DNA of 32,000 nt from Rhodospirillaceae bacterium. GTDB lineage: Bacteria; Pseudomonadota; Alphaproteobacteria; Rhodospirillales; Rhodospirillaceae. The DNA is taken from positions 2,356,909 to 2,388,908 of the forward strand of contig OZ257255.1 in the NCBI GenBank assembly GCA_965279655.1. The letters run 5' to 3'. The notes under the pieces were generated by a model, which ran no database searches, was not told the DNA's origin, and was given only the letters and a program-made list of their open reading frames with translations. This document shows positions 18,908-27,456 of this stretch, one piece after another; the first letter of the stretch is position 1, and each line of letters begins with the position of its first letter. The position numbers and the translations under genes are program-made.

Positions 18908-20287
18908 ATGGGGTTCTTTCGTACGCTGCTAATCGGCACGATGGCGGTCGCAATGCTGGCCAGCGGAGCCAGCGCCGCGGATCGCGGCCGCAAGAAGGCT
19001 GAGCCGCCACCGCCGCTCCAACCCGCCATCCAACCCGGACAAGCCGCGAAGATTCTCGGCTTCGAGCGCATCGTCGTGCAAATTCCGATTGGCGCGTCTA
19101 TTGGCTCGGTCTCATGCAGTATGTTTAGCAACCGTCCGGTCTATATGACCGGAGCGATGACCGACATGGATCCCACGAGCTATCGCGACGTGTTCGTGAG
19201 AGAGGCCGCCGCGGCCGGATACCCCGTCGACAATCCCGCTGCGCTGCTTTTCAAAGAGACCAACAGAAACGGCGCGCAATTGGCCATTGGCACGGCGATC
19301 CTTCAGCAAAATCTCAGGGTTTGTGAAGCCGGCCCCGTTCCGCCAAACACAATCATGTTGGGTGAGACAAATTTTGCCAGGGGCACCGCGACATTTGAAT
19401 GGCAGGTGTTCGATGTCCTGGAGCGAAGGGTGATATGGAAAGGGACCTTTGAAGGCGAAGGTTCTGCCAAAGGTATCTCAAGCCAAAGCGTTCCGGCAGC
19501 CATGCACGTCGCTTTCCAAAGCTCTGCACAGAAGATGCTGCGCGATCCCGGCTTCATCGCGGCAGCCACGTCAGCGTTGCCCGCCGTGGCATCCGCGCCG
19601 GAACCTCAAGATGAGCTTAAGCCACCGCCGCATCGCATTCCTCATCGACCGCTTTCGACCGTCGCTTTTTCCCAGGACGTAACGGCTGCACGGGACCAGG
19701 TCGTGACGATCTTCGCCGGACAGGGCATGGGGACCGGTTTTTACATCACTCCGGAATTGTTGCTCACGAACGATCACGTCGTCGGCAATTCAAGACTGGT
19801 GAAGATCAAGACAATCCATGGCAAGGAGCATGTGGGCGAGGTTCTGCGCAGCAACAAGCGCCGCGACGTGGCCCTGGTGCGGACCGAGCCCCTCGCCTTG
19901 CCGGGCGTGCCGATACGCCCGGAAGATCCCGCGATTGGCAGCCAAGTCTATGTCATCGGCAGCCCGGCAGATCAGGCGCTGCAGGGAACCGTGACCGCCG
20001 GCATCGTTAGCAGCATTCGCCAATTCAAACCGAGCGGTAGCCTGTTCACCGGCAAGTTCATCCAGAGCGACGTCGCCATCAATCACGGCAACAGCGGCGG
20101 CCCCATGTTTGACGAGCGCGGCAACGTCATTGGCATCTCGGACCTCGGCATCAGCAACGACGGCAATCAGGGACTGAATTTCTTCATCCCCATCGCCGAG
20201 GCGCTTGATGTGCTGAACATCCAGGTCGATGCGCCGGTCTCCGCCGCTGCGACGCCGAAGCCGACGAAGGCTTCGACGAAGCCCTAG
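18908..20287 (+). CDS. Secreted trypsin-like (S1C) serine protease with a ~250-aa N-terminal domain of unknown function
   Basis: ATG 18908 is in the frame of track ORF 18584..20287. Signal peptide MGFFRTLLIGTMAVAMLASGASAA. The C-terminal catalytic triad context is TNDHVVG, RRDVALV and GNSGGPMF. I recognised no PDZ domain. Confidence 0.8.
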   Translation: MGFFRTLLIGTMAVAMLASGASAADRGRKKAEPPPPLQPAIQPGQAAKILGFERIVVQIPIGASIGSVSCSMFSNRPVYMTGAMTDMDPTSYRDVFVREAAAAGYPVDNPAALLFKETNRNGAQLAIGTAILQQNLRVCEAGPVPPNTIMLGETNFARGTATFEWQVFDVLERRVIWKGTFEGEGSAKGISSQSVPAAMHVAFQSSAQKMLRDPGFIAAATSALPAVASAPEPQDELKPPPHRIPHRPLSTVAFSQDVTAARDQVVTIFAGQGMGTGFYITPELLLTNDHVVGNSRLVKIKTIHGKEHVGEVLRSNKRRDVALVRTEPLALPGVPIRPEDPAIGSQVYVIGSPADQALQGTVTAGIVSSIRQFKPSGSLFTGKFIQSDVAINHGNSGGPMFDERGNVIGISDLGISNDGNQGLNFFIPIAEALDVLNIQVDAPVSAAATPKPTKASTKP

Positions 20288-20907
20288 CTGCGCGGCATCG
20301 CCGCGACACGCTGCTGCGCGTCGCGGGCAAGGCACCTGTCGAGCCAGCCTTTCACAGTCGGATACTTCGCGCCGACGTCGAAATTGATGCGCGGCAGGCT
20401 CGAGAGCACACAGGCGATGTTGAGATCGCCGACGCTGAAGCTGTCGCCGCACAGGTACGGCGTCTTGCTCAAGACCTTTTCGAGCAGCGCAAGCTCCCCA
20501 TGGAGCTTTTCCTCCGCCGCATCGTAGACAGCCTGGCTGCGTTTCTCCTCAGGCGTGAAGATCTTCTGCACGATCATGGTGATCGCGTAGGGCTCCAGCC
20601 CCGTGGCGCACCACATGGTCCACTGGGTGCACTTCGCCTGTTCCGGCTTGTTCTTCGGCCAGAGGGTGCCTTTGCCGTACTTTTCCGCGAGATACAGGTT
20701 AATGCCGAGGGATTCGAACATGATCGCATCGCCGTCCTTCAAGGACGGGATGAAGCCCGACGGATTGATCGCGAGATATTCCGGCGTGCGGATGGACGGA
20801 TCGCGCGTCTTCACCTTCTCATGCACGTAAGGAAGGTTCAGTTCTTCCAGAACCCACAGGTTCCGGGCGGCGCGGGAGGCAGTGTAGCCGTACAGGGTGA
20901 TGGACAT
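20284..20907 (-). CDS. Glutathione S-transferase
   Basis: ATG 20907 has an AGGAG SD. Product MSITLYGYTASRAARNLWVLEELNLPY...INPSGFIPSL...ESLGINLYLAEKYG is a typical GST N-domain. The upstream 53 codons of the track ORF are rejected. Confidence 0.85.
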   Translation of the reverse strand: MSITLYGYTASRAARNLWVLEELNLPYVHEKVKTRDPSIRTPEYLAINPSGFIPSLKDGDAIMFESLGINLYLAEKYGKGTLWPKNKPEQAKCTQWTMWCATGLEPYAITMIVQKIFTPEEKRSQAVYDAAEEKLHGELALLEKVLSKTPYLCGDSFSVGDLNIACVLSSLPRINFDVGAKYPTVKGWLDRCLARDAQQRVAAMPRS

Positions 20908-20921
20908 GATGTGCGCTCCTG

Positions 20922-21557
20922 CTACGGGTTTGCTTGAACGAAGGCGGCGCGAAGATCCATGATCTTCTTGTAGGCGGGCCGCGCTTGGCACGCTTGGTGC
21001 CACGCCTGCACCTTTGGCCACGGCGCCAGGCTGAAGTTCGCGCGGCCGGCGTAGTCGAGCACGCACGCGACCTGCAGATCGGCCAGCGTGAACGCGTCAC
21101 CGATCAGGTTCTTGTGGCGATCGAGATAGACCGTGAGCAGTTCCATGCGCGGCTTCAACCGTTCACCCAGGGCCGCCATGGTCTCCGGCTTGCGGTTCTC
21201 CGCCGGCGTGAAGACCTGATCGAACAGCATGCCGTAGGTGATCGGCTCCAGCTCGTTGCCGGCCCACACGGTCCACTGGATGATCTTGGCGTGGGCGTCA
21301 TCACCGGCGGGCCACAGCTTGCCCTGCCCGTAGGTCTGGCCGATGTAAAGGTTGATGGCGAGGGATTCGCTCATCACGACATCGCCGTCGACGAGCGCCG
21401 GAACTTTGCCCGACGGATTGATCGCGAGATATTCCGGCGTCTTGTTGTCGCCGTTCTTGGGGATGATCCGCACGATCTCGTAGGGCAGGCCTAGTTCCTC
21501 CAGCGCCCACATATTGCGGAGACCGCGAGACGCCGGCGAGCCGTAGAGCTTGATCAT
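20922..21557 (-). CDS. Glutathione S-transferase (tandem paralogue)
   Basis: Product MIKLYGSPASRGLRNMWALEELGLPY...INPSGKVPAL...ESLAINLYIGQTYG is collinear with the neighbouring GST. ATG 21557 is preferred over 21569 because of the GAGG SD. Confidence 0.85.
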   Translation of the reverse strand: MIKLYGSPASRGLRNMWALEELGLPYEIVRIIPKNGDNKTPEYLAINPSGKVPALVDGDVVMSESLAINLYIGQTYGQGKLWPAGDDAHAKIIQWTVWAGNELEPITYGMLFDQVFTPAENRKPETMAALGERLKPRMELLTVYLDRHKNLIGDAFTLADLQVACVLDYAGRANFSLAPWPKVQAWHQACQARPAYKKIMDLRAAFVQANP

Positions 21558-21671
21558 GGGAGACCTCATCTGGAATGCGGAGATGACTTAATCGGCATCC
21601 GCGGTTTCGATCAAGGCCCGATGGGGGTGAACCGGAAAAGTGGGTACCGGTTTTCCGTGAGTTCACGTCCC

Positions 21672-21704
21672 AAATCAAAAATCTAGAGCGCGAAAGCGCT
21701 CTAG
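21672..21704 (-). terminator. Rho-independent terminator of the hyi-family gene
   Basis: CTAGAGCGC-GAAA-GCGCTCTAG is a perfect 9-bp stem with a GAAA tetraloop that includes the TAG stop. It is followed on the minus strand by ATTTTTGATTT. Confidence 0.75.
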
Positions 21705-22480
21705 CGCTTGCCGATGCCCCAATCCCTGGCCCAGCCGAGACCCACCACCGTATCCCCGCGCGGGACATACTCCGCCCCCACCCAGCCGGGGTACCCATGG
21801 GAATCCAGGAGATCGAAGATATAGCGCCAGTTCACTTCGCCCAGCTGATCCGGCTCGTGACGGTCGGGTACGCCGGCAACTTGCACATGGGCGATGATGT
21901 CGAGATTGTTTTCGAGAAATTCCGTGAGGCCCCCCTGGGTCATTTGCGCATGGTATAGATCGTACTGCAGGCGCAAGTTCTTGCGTTCGACCTGTTGGAT
22001 GATCTCCAGCGCCTGATCCGGCCGCTGGATCAGATAGTCTTCCATCAAGATCGGTTCTACGAGCACGCGTATCCCTGCCGCGTCGGCTTCGTCGGCGGCG
22101 TAGGCCAGGTTTCCGGTCAGCGCGTCGAGGGCGGCGGGGATGTCGTCCTCCGCCACCTTCCCCGCCATGACATGGATCTGCGCGCAATCCACCTCGCCCG
22201 CGTATTCCAGCGCGACCTGAAAACTGTCGCGGAATTCCGCTTCGCGCCCGGGCAGCGCGGCGAGCCCGCGTTCGCCGTTGACGAAGTCGCCCGGCGGGGC
22301 GTTCATCAACACCAGCGGAATCCCGCACGCGAGGAGCTTGTCGGACAGCGCTTCGGCGTCCACGTGGTACGGGAACATGCACTCCACGCCGGGAAACCCC
22401 GCCTTTGCCGCCGCATCAACGCGGTCGAGAAACGGCAGGTCGGCGAACAGCATGGAGATGTTGGCGGCGAAACGCGGCAT
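21701..22480 (-). CDS. hyi: Hydroxypyruvate isomerase family protein (xylose-isomerase-like TIM barrel)
   Basis: Product MPRFAANISMLFADLPFLDRVDAAAKAGFPGVECMFPY...IHVMAGKV...YDLYHAQM...IAHVQVAG. ATG 22480 overlaps the upstream stop (TGATG). The track ORF start at 22768 is rejected. Confidence 0.8.
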   Translation of the reverse strand: MPRFAANISMLFADLPFLDRVDAAAKAGFPGVECMFPYHVDAEALSDKLLACGIPLVLMNAPPGDFVNGERGLAALPGREAEFRDSFQVALEYAGEVDCAQIHVMAGKVAEDDIPAALDALTGNLAYAADEADAAGIRVLVEPILMEDYLIQRPDQALEIIQQVERKNLRLQYDLYHAQMTQGGLTEFLENNLDIIAHVQVAGVPDRHEPDQLGEVNWRYIFDLLDSHGYPGWVGAEYVPRGDTVVGLGWARDWGIGKR

Positions 22481-23451
22481 CAGGCGATCAACTTTGCAAG
22501 GGCCGCGGCGACGTCGCTGGCGGCGTTGAGGGGTGGGTGCGTGGCTTGAGCATACGCGCCATCGAAGGCGCGCGCATATCCCGCGGCGATCAGTTCGCGA
22601 TGCAGCCGCTCGTGCTTGGGCACCGCGAGGCCGGGTGGCGCATAGATGAACACCGTGGCCGGCGTGGCGCAGGCCTCGGAACACATGGAAACGGAATCGC
22701 CGGTGACGACGATGGCATCCGCCAGGCCGAGGAAACCGAGGTAGGGGTTGTCCCCGCCCTTGCCCCACTGGAACAGATGGCGCGGCTCCGGCAGTTCGCG
22801 TTCCAGAATCGCTTCCGCCTCCACACCCGTCCGACGCGACGTCAGTGCGAGGACCGATCCACCACTGCTGCGCGCCATCGCGCCGACCTTAGCGGCGAGA
22901 TCCTTGGCGGTATCCGCCGGGAATGGACGTTGGCGCGTCGCGCCACCGACCAGGAGTGCAATGTAAGGCCGCGGCAGTCGGCTCACCCGTTCACGCCAGG
23001 CATCCGCCGCCGCCTCGAGTTTGGCGGCCGTGATGCGATGGGGGGCGCCGGTGATCCGCAGCACATTGGTCTCATCGCCGCCGGGCACGGCGCAGTCGTG
23101 ATGCGGCAAGGCGATCAGGTCGAAGTCCTCCGCCCCGCGGCGGCCGGGGTTCATGATATGCGCCAGCACCACACGCTTGCCGGCTTGCGCCTTGATCCAG
23201 CGCGCCACGGGCGCTGCCCGGCGGCCGGCGGCGATCACCACATCCGGCCATGGCGGCGCGAGTCGCGCCTTGGTGTCGGCACCCACGCCGATCAGGCTCG
23301 CCCCCCGCAGGAAATTGGGCAGCTTCGCCAACCCGTCGTAGACCAGCGGTTGCTCGATGAACGGAAGACCCAACGCCTCGGCCACGCCCAAGGCCTGGGC
23401 GGCGGTGCCGGGGCGGTTGTCGCGCAAGACCCAGATGACGGGCGCGTTCAT
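22480..23451 (-). CDS. ELM1-family (mitochondrial fission ELM1-like / DUF1022) putative glycosyltransferase-fold protein
   Basis: VIWVLRDNRPGTAAQALGVAEALG...PDVVIAAGRRAAPVARWIK...HIMNP matches my recollection of bacterial ELM1-family proteins. Confidence 0.65.
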   Translation of the reverse strand: MNAPVIWVLRDNRPGTAAQALGVAEALGLPFIEQPLVYDGLAKLPNFLRGASLIGVGADTKARLAPPWPDVVIAAGRRAAPVARWIKAQAGKRVVLAHIMNPGRRGAEDFDLIALPHHDCAVPGGDETNVLRITGAPHRITAAKLEAAADAWRERVSRLPRPYIALLVGGATRQRPFPADTAKDLAAKVGAMARSSGGSVLALTSRRTGVEAEAILERELPEPRHLFQWGKGGDNPYLGFLGLADAIVVTGDSVSMCSEACATPATVFIYAPPGLAVPKHERLHRELIAAGYARAFDGAYAQATHPPLNAASDVAAALAKLIA

Positions 23452-23526
23452 GCGTATTTCGCGGTTGAGGTTCCGCCACGCACGCCATAAACAGAGGGAA
23501 CAACCCCTCGCTCAGCGGACATCGCC

Positions 23527-24216
23527 ATGGCTCCCACTTCCCGCAGCGCCCGGCAACAGGCGCAAGGCCGCATCGTCGCGGACATCCTGCTCGAAATCAA
23601 AGCGGTGAATTTCCGTCCCGAGCAGCCCTATACCCTCACGGCCGGCTGGGCGAGCCCGGTTTATATCGATGGTCGCAAACTCATTTCATACCCCCGGGCC
23701 CGGCGCAAGGTCACGGAACTGGCGCGCCATGAGATCGAGGAAAGCGTCGGCCACGAAAGCATCGATGCGGTGGCCGGGGGCGAGACCGCCGGCATCCCCT
23801 ACGCCGCCTGGATCGCGGACGCCCTGATGCTGCCCATGCAATACATCCGCAAGAAGCCCAAGGGCTTCGGCCGCAACGCCCAGATCGAGGGCGACATCCA
23901 CGACGGCCAGCGCGTGATCCTGGTGGAGGACCTCGCCAGCGACGGCGGCTCGAAGCTGCTGTTCGTGAAGGCGCTGCGCGACGCCGGCGCCAAGTGCGAC
24001 CACTGCTTTGTCATGTTCTTCTACGGCGCCTTCCCGGGCGCGATCGAGAGCATGGCGAAGGAAGGAATCGCCCTGCACTACCTGTGCACCTGGCACGACG
24101 TGCTCGCCGCGGCGGAAGCGGGGAACTACTTCACTCCCGCCGCCATTGCCGGCGTGCGCGAGTTCCTGAAGGACCCCGTCGGATGGTCGGCCGCCCACGG
24201 CGGTCGGAGCAGCTAA
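23527..24216 (+). CDS. pyrE: Orotate phosphoribosyltransferase
   Basis: ILLEIKAVNFRPEQPYTLTAGWASPVYID and the PRPP-binding loop VILVEDLASDGGS. Confidence 0.9.
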   Translation: MAPTSRSARQQAQGRIVADILLEIKAVNFRPEQPYTLTAGWASPVYIDGRKLISYPRARRKVTELARHEIEESVGHESIDAVAGGETAGIPYAAWIADALMLPMQYIRKKPKGFGRNAQIEGDIHDGQRVILVEDLASDGGSKLLFVKALRDAGAKCDHCFVMFFYGAFPGAIESMAKEGIALHYLCTWHDVLAAAEAGNYFTPAAIAGVREFLKDPVGWSAAHGGRSS

Positions 24217-24223
24217 GAAGCCC

Positions 24224-25879
24224 ATGGCCGTCAGCGGCGCCGACGCCTCGGGGACGGATGCCTTCCAGAAGGCGGTCGCGCTCTACGGCGCACAGCGCTT
24301 CGACGAAGCCGAGGCGCTATGCCTGGGCATCCTCGCGGTCGATCCGCGTTCCGTCGCCGCGAAGAATCTCGTGGGCGCCATGGCCATGGCGCGCGGCACC
24401 TATGAACGCGCAGCGGAATTGTTCGGGGAAGCGGCCAAGCTCGCCCCCGATGTCCCCGAAATTCAGGTGAATCGGGGCGATGCACTGCAGGCGCTCGGCC
24501 GTTCCGAAGCGGCGCTGAAGTGCTACGAGACCGCGCTCAAACGCGATGCCGCCAAGCCGGAAGTTCACCTGAAGCGCGGCATGGTGCTGCATAGCCTTGG
24601 CAGGTCCGCCGACGCCGAAAACGCTCTCACGCAAGCCCTGACGCTGCAGCCGGACATGCCTGAAGGATGGCACACGCGCGGTTTGATCCGCTTCGCCCTG
24701 GGCCGTGCCGAGGACGCACTCACAGACTATGACCGCGCGATTGCCTTGAAGCACGACCAAGCGGATATCCATGTCGCCCGGGCCGAAGCGCTTGAGGCTG
24801 TCGATCGCCGGGAAGAAGCGCGCGCGGCCCTGGAGACGACGCTCGCCCTCGCACCAAATCGGGACGATACGCGCGAACAGCTGTTCAATCTTCATCTCTC
24901 GGAGACGACCTACTCCGCCGAACTCGACCGACTGGGCGCGGAGGTCACGCAAATCGCTGCCGCGCGCGACACGGACCACCTTCTGCACGACCGCGCCACC
25001 TACGATTTCCGTTTGCTGCACGACCTCGAACAGACTGCCTACATGATCGCACGCGGGATCGCGGTCGATGGCCTCCGTGAGGCACATACGGCCCTCGCCG
25101 CCGCTTACGAGCGCTTGCCCGGAACGCCGACGGGAAAAAGCTTTGCCCTGAACGATGCGGAGATTACCGCCATTGCCGCGGGCCGGAAGCTGAGCATCCG
25201 CCATCCCGTGCCCAAACTATCCGGCAGCGCCCTTAATCCCGACAAGGATTGGGCTGCGATTGAGGAAGCCTACTTTGGTCAGAGCACGGAACTTGTGGTC
25301 ATCGACGAATTTCTGTCCGGCGAGGCGCTGACCCAATTGCGCGACTTTTCGTTGCTCTCGACGATCTGGCGGCGCGAGTACGAGAACCAGTATATCGGTG
25401 CCTTTGCCCAACAGGGTTTCGTCGGGCCGCTCCATTTGCAGATCGCCGAGGAACTGCAACAGAAGATGCCCCGCATCTTCGCGCAACATCGGCTGCATCA
25501 GCTATGGGGATTCAAGTACGCATCCACCCGCGCCGCGAAAGGCATTGGCGTGCATGCGGATTTTGCGCGCGTGAATCTGAATTTCTGGATTACCCCCGAC
25601 GACGCAAACCTCGATCCGCAGTCCGGCGGCATGGTCGTCTATGACGTGCCCGCGCCGAAGACGTGGGGATTCAAGGAATACAACGTCGATCAGAAGCGGA
25701 TTTACGCGTTCCTCAAGAAGAACCGGGCGACGGCGCAAACTGTGCCTCATCGCTGCAACCGCGCCGTGCTGTTCAATTCAACGCTCTTCCACGAGACCGA
25801 CACGATCCGATTCAAGGAAGGCTACGAGAATCGCCGCGTGAACATGACGTACTTGTTCGGGCGGGGACTGAAGCTCTAG
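24224..25879 (+). CDS. TPR-repeat protein fused to a 2OG-Fe(II) oxygenase-like C-terminal domain
   Basis: The N-terminal ~200 aa are Ala/Leu-rich 34-residue TPR-type repeats (AEALCLGILAVDP..., ALKCYETALKRD..., ALTDYDRAIALK...). The C-terminus has an HxD...H...R pattern (GIGVHADFARVNLNFWI, GGMVVYD, AVLFNSTLFHETD, NRRVNMTYLF). Confidence 0.7.
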   Translation: MAVSGADASGTDAFQKAVALYGAQRFDEAEALCLGILAVDPRSVAAKNLVGAMAMARGTYERAAELFGEAAKLAPDVPEIQVNRGDALQALGRSEAALKCYETALKRDAAKPEVHLKRGMVLHSLGRSADAENALTQALTLQPDMPEGWHTRGLIRFALGRAEDALTDYDRAIALKHDQADIHVARAEALEAVDRREEARAALETTLALAPNRDDTREQLFNLHLSETTYSAELDRLGAEVTQIAAARDTDHLLHDRATYDFRLLHDLEQTAYMIARGIAVDGLREAHTALAAAYERLPGTPTGKSFALNDAEITAIAAGRKLSIRHPVPKLSGSALNPDKDWAAIEEAYFGQSTELVVIDEFLSGEALTQLRDFSLLSTIWRREYENQYIGAFAQQGFVGPLHLQIAEELQQKMPRIFAQHRLHQLWGFKYASTRAAKGIGVHADFARVNLNFWITPDDANLDPQSGGMVVYDVPAPKTWGFKEYNVDQKRIYAFLKKNRATAQTVPHRCNRAVLFNSTLFHETDTIRFKEGYENRRVNMTYLFGRGLKL

Positions 25880-25881
25880 GG

Positions 25882-27456
25882 CTACTCCGCCGCGATCCGC
25901 TCGATTGCGATCGTCGGCAGGGTGACCCGCACCCGCAAGCCGCCATCGACCCGCGACAGCAACTCGACATCGCCGCCCATACCGCGGATGGTATTGCGCG
26001 CAATCGTCAGACCTAACCCCACCCCGCCGGTTTCGCGGGAGCGCGAAGCTTCGAGCCGCACGAACGGGAGGAACACCCGCTCCCGGTCCCGGTCCGGAAT
26101 TCCCGGGCCGTTGTCGTCGACCAGAATCTCCACATGCTCATCGGCACGATGCACACTGATTCGCGCGCGATGACCATATTTGATCGCGTTCTCGACCAAG
26201 TTTGTGAGAGCGCGCTTGAGCGCCAGGGGCCGCGCCGCTACGTCCAACACCGCGGGGCCGCTGTACTCTGCGTCTTGGCCGATGGAACGGCTGTCGGCGG
26301 CGATACCGCTCAACAACGCCGCGACATTCATCATCGCGACCGGCTCGTTCGCCGCGTCGTCGCGCGAGAACGCCATTGTCGCGGCGATCATTTGCTCCAT
26401 CTCCTCGAGATCCTTCAGCATCTTCGCGCGCTGATCGGAATCATCGACGAACTCGGCCCGCAAACGAAGCCGTGTGATCGGCGTGCGCAGATCGTGGGAG
26501 ATTGCCGCCAGCATCTGGGTGCGGTCCTGGATGAACCGCTTCAGGCGGTTCTGCATGGTATTGAATGCCCGCGCCGCGCGGCGCACCTCACCCGGACCGT
26601 CCTCCGGCAAGGGTTCGACATTCACGTCCACACCCAGCCGCTCGGCGGCGCTAGCGAACAGGGCGAGCGGTTTGAACGCGCGGTGCACGCCCCACAGCGC
26701 GGCGATGGCGATCAACAGCGACACGATGCTTTGAAAGATCAACGGCTGCAGGCGCGCCTGAGCGTCATCGCCCACCGTCAAGAGAACGCGGGCGTTGAAC
26801 CAGGTGTTCTCGGCGAATTTCACCGACACGCGGAACATGCCCTGCGAGTCCACCAGGGCAGGCCCACCGAGCTGCAAAAACCGCTTCACCCGCGCTTCGC
26901 GTTCGTCGGGAGAGACGATGCGCTCCTGACGATCCTGAAACCCACGCGGCTGGCTGTCCGGCGGACGCGGCGGGTCGCGCTCTTCGAATCCCGGCGGCGG
27001 CTCCGGCGGCGGAATCTCGATCTGCTCCGGCGGCCGCAGTTCTTCCTCGGCGCGCTGCTCCATCTCCCTGGGGCGTTCGATCAGGCTGTCGACACGAATG
27101 TCCGTACCCGGCGCGAACTCCCGCGCGAGCTTGCGCAACACGACACGCGACGTCACCGAGTCGTCGGACTTTTCGACCACCGGCGTGCGGGTGATGACCA
27201 CGCGCATGACCGGGGAACTCAGGCGGCGCACCAGCATGGCGCGGTCCTGCGGTCGATCGCGCTCGATCATGCGCTTGAGGACGATCACCTGGTCGCCGGC
27301 CTGGCTGGCGGCGGCGAGGATCCCGGTCGTATTCCGGTTCAGGAAAATGAACGCGAGCGTCGTGAGCGACATCAAGATCACGACGCCCGCCAGCACCGTG
27401 AAGGTCCACCAGGCCAGCGTATCGGGCAGAAGACGCGTGCGGAGCCGACTAACCAC
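25882..27456 (-). CDS. Sensor histidine kinase (EnvZ-like: 2 TM, HAMP, HisKA, HATPase_c)
   Basis: TM spans lie at about residues 17-40 and 238-258. H-box ISHDLRTPITRL, N box NLVENAIKYG, and G boxes DDNGPGIP and GGVGLGL. It overlaps the regulator gene by 8 nt. Confidence 0.9.
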   Translation of the reverse strand: MVSRLRTRLLPDTLAWWTFTVLAGVVILMSLTTLAFIFLNRNTTGILAAASQAGDQVIVLKRMIERDRPQDRAMLVRRLSSPVMRVVITRTPVVEKSDDSVTSRVVLRKLAREFAPGTDIRVDSLIERPREMEQRAEEELRPPEQIEIPPPEPPPGFEERDPPRPPDSQPRGFQDRQERIVSPDEREARVKRFLQLGGPALVDSQGMFRVSVKFAENTWFNARVLLTVGDDAQARLQPLIFQSIVSLLIAIAALWGVHRAFKPLALFASAAERLGVDVNVEPLPEDGPGEVRRAARAFNTMQNRLKRFIQDRTQMLAAISHDLRTPITRLRLRAEFVDDSDQRAKMLKDLEEMEQMIAATMAFSRDDAANEPVAMMNVAALLSGIAADSRSIGQDAEYSGPAVLDVAARPLALKRALTNLVENAIKYGHRARISVHRADEHVEILVDDNGPGIPDRDRERVFLPFVRLEASRSRETGGVGLGLTIARNTIRGMGGDVELLSRVDGGLRVRVTLPTIAIERIAAE

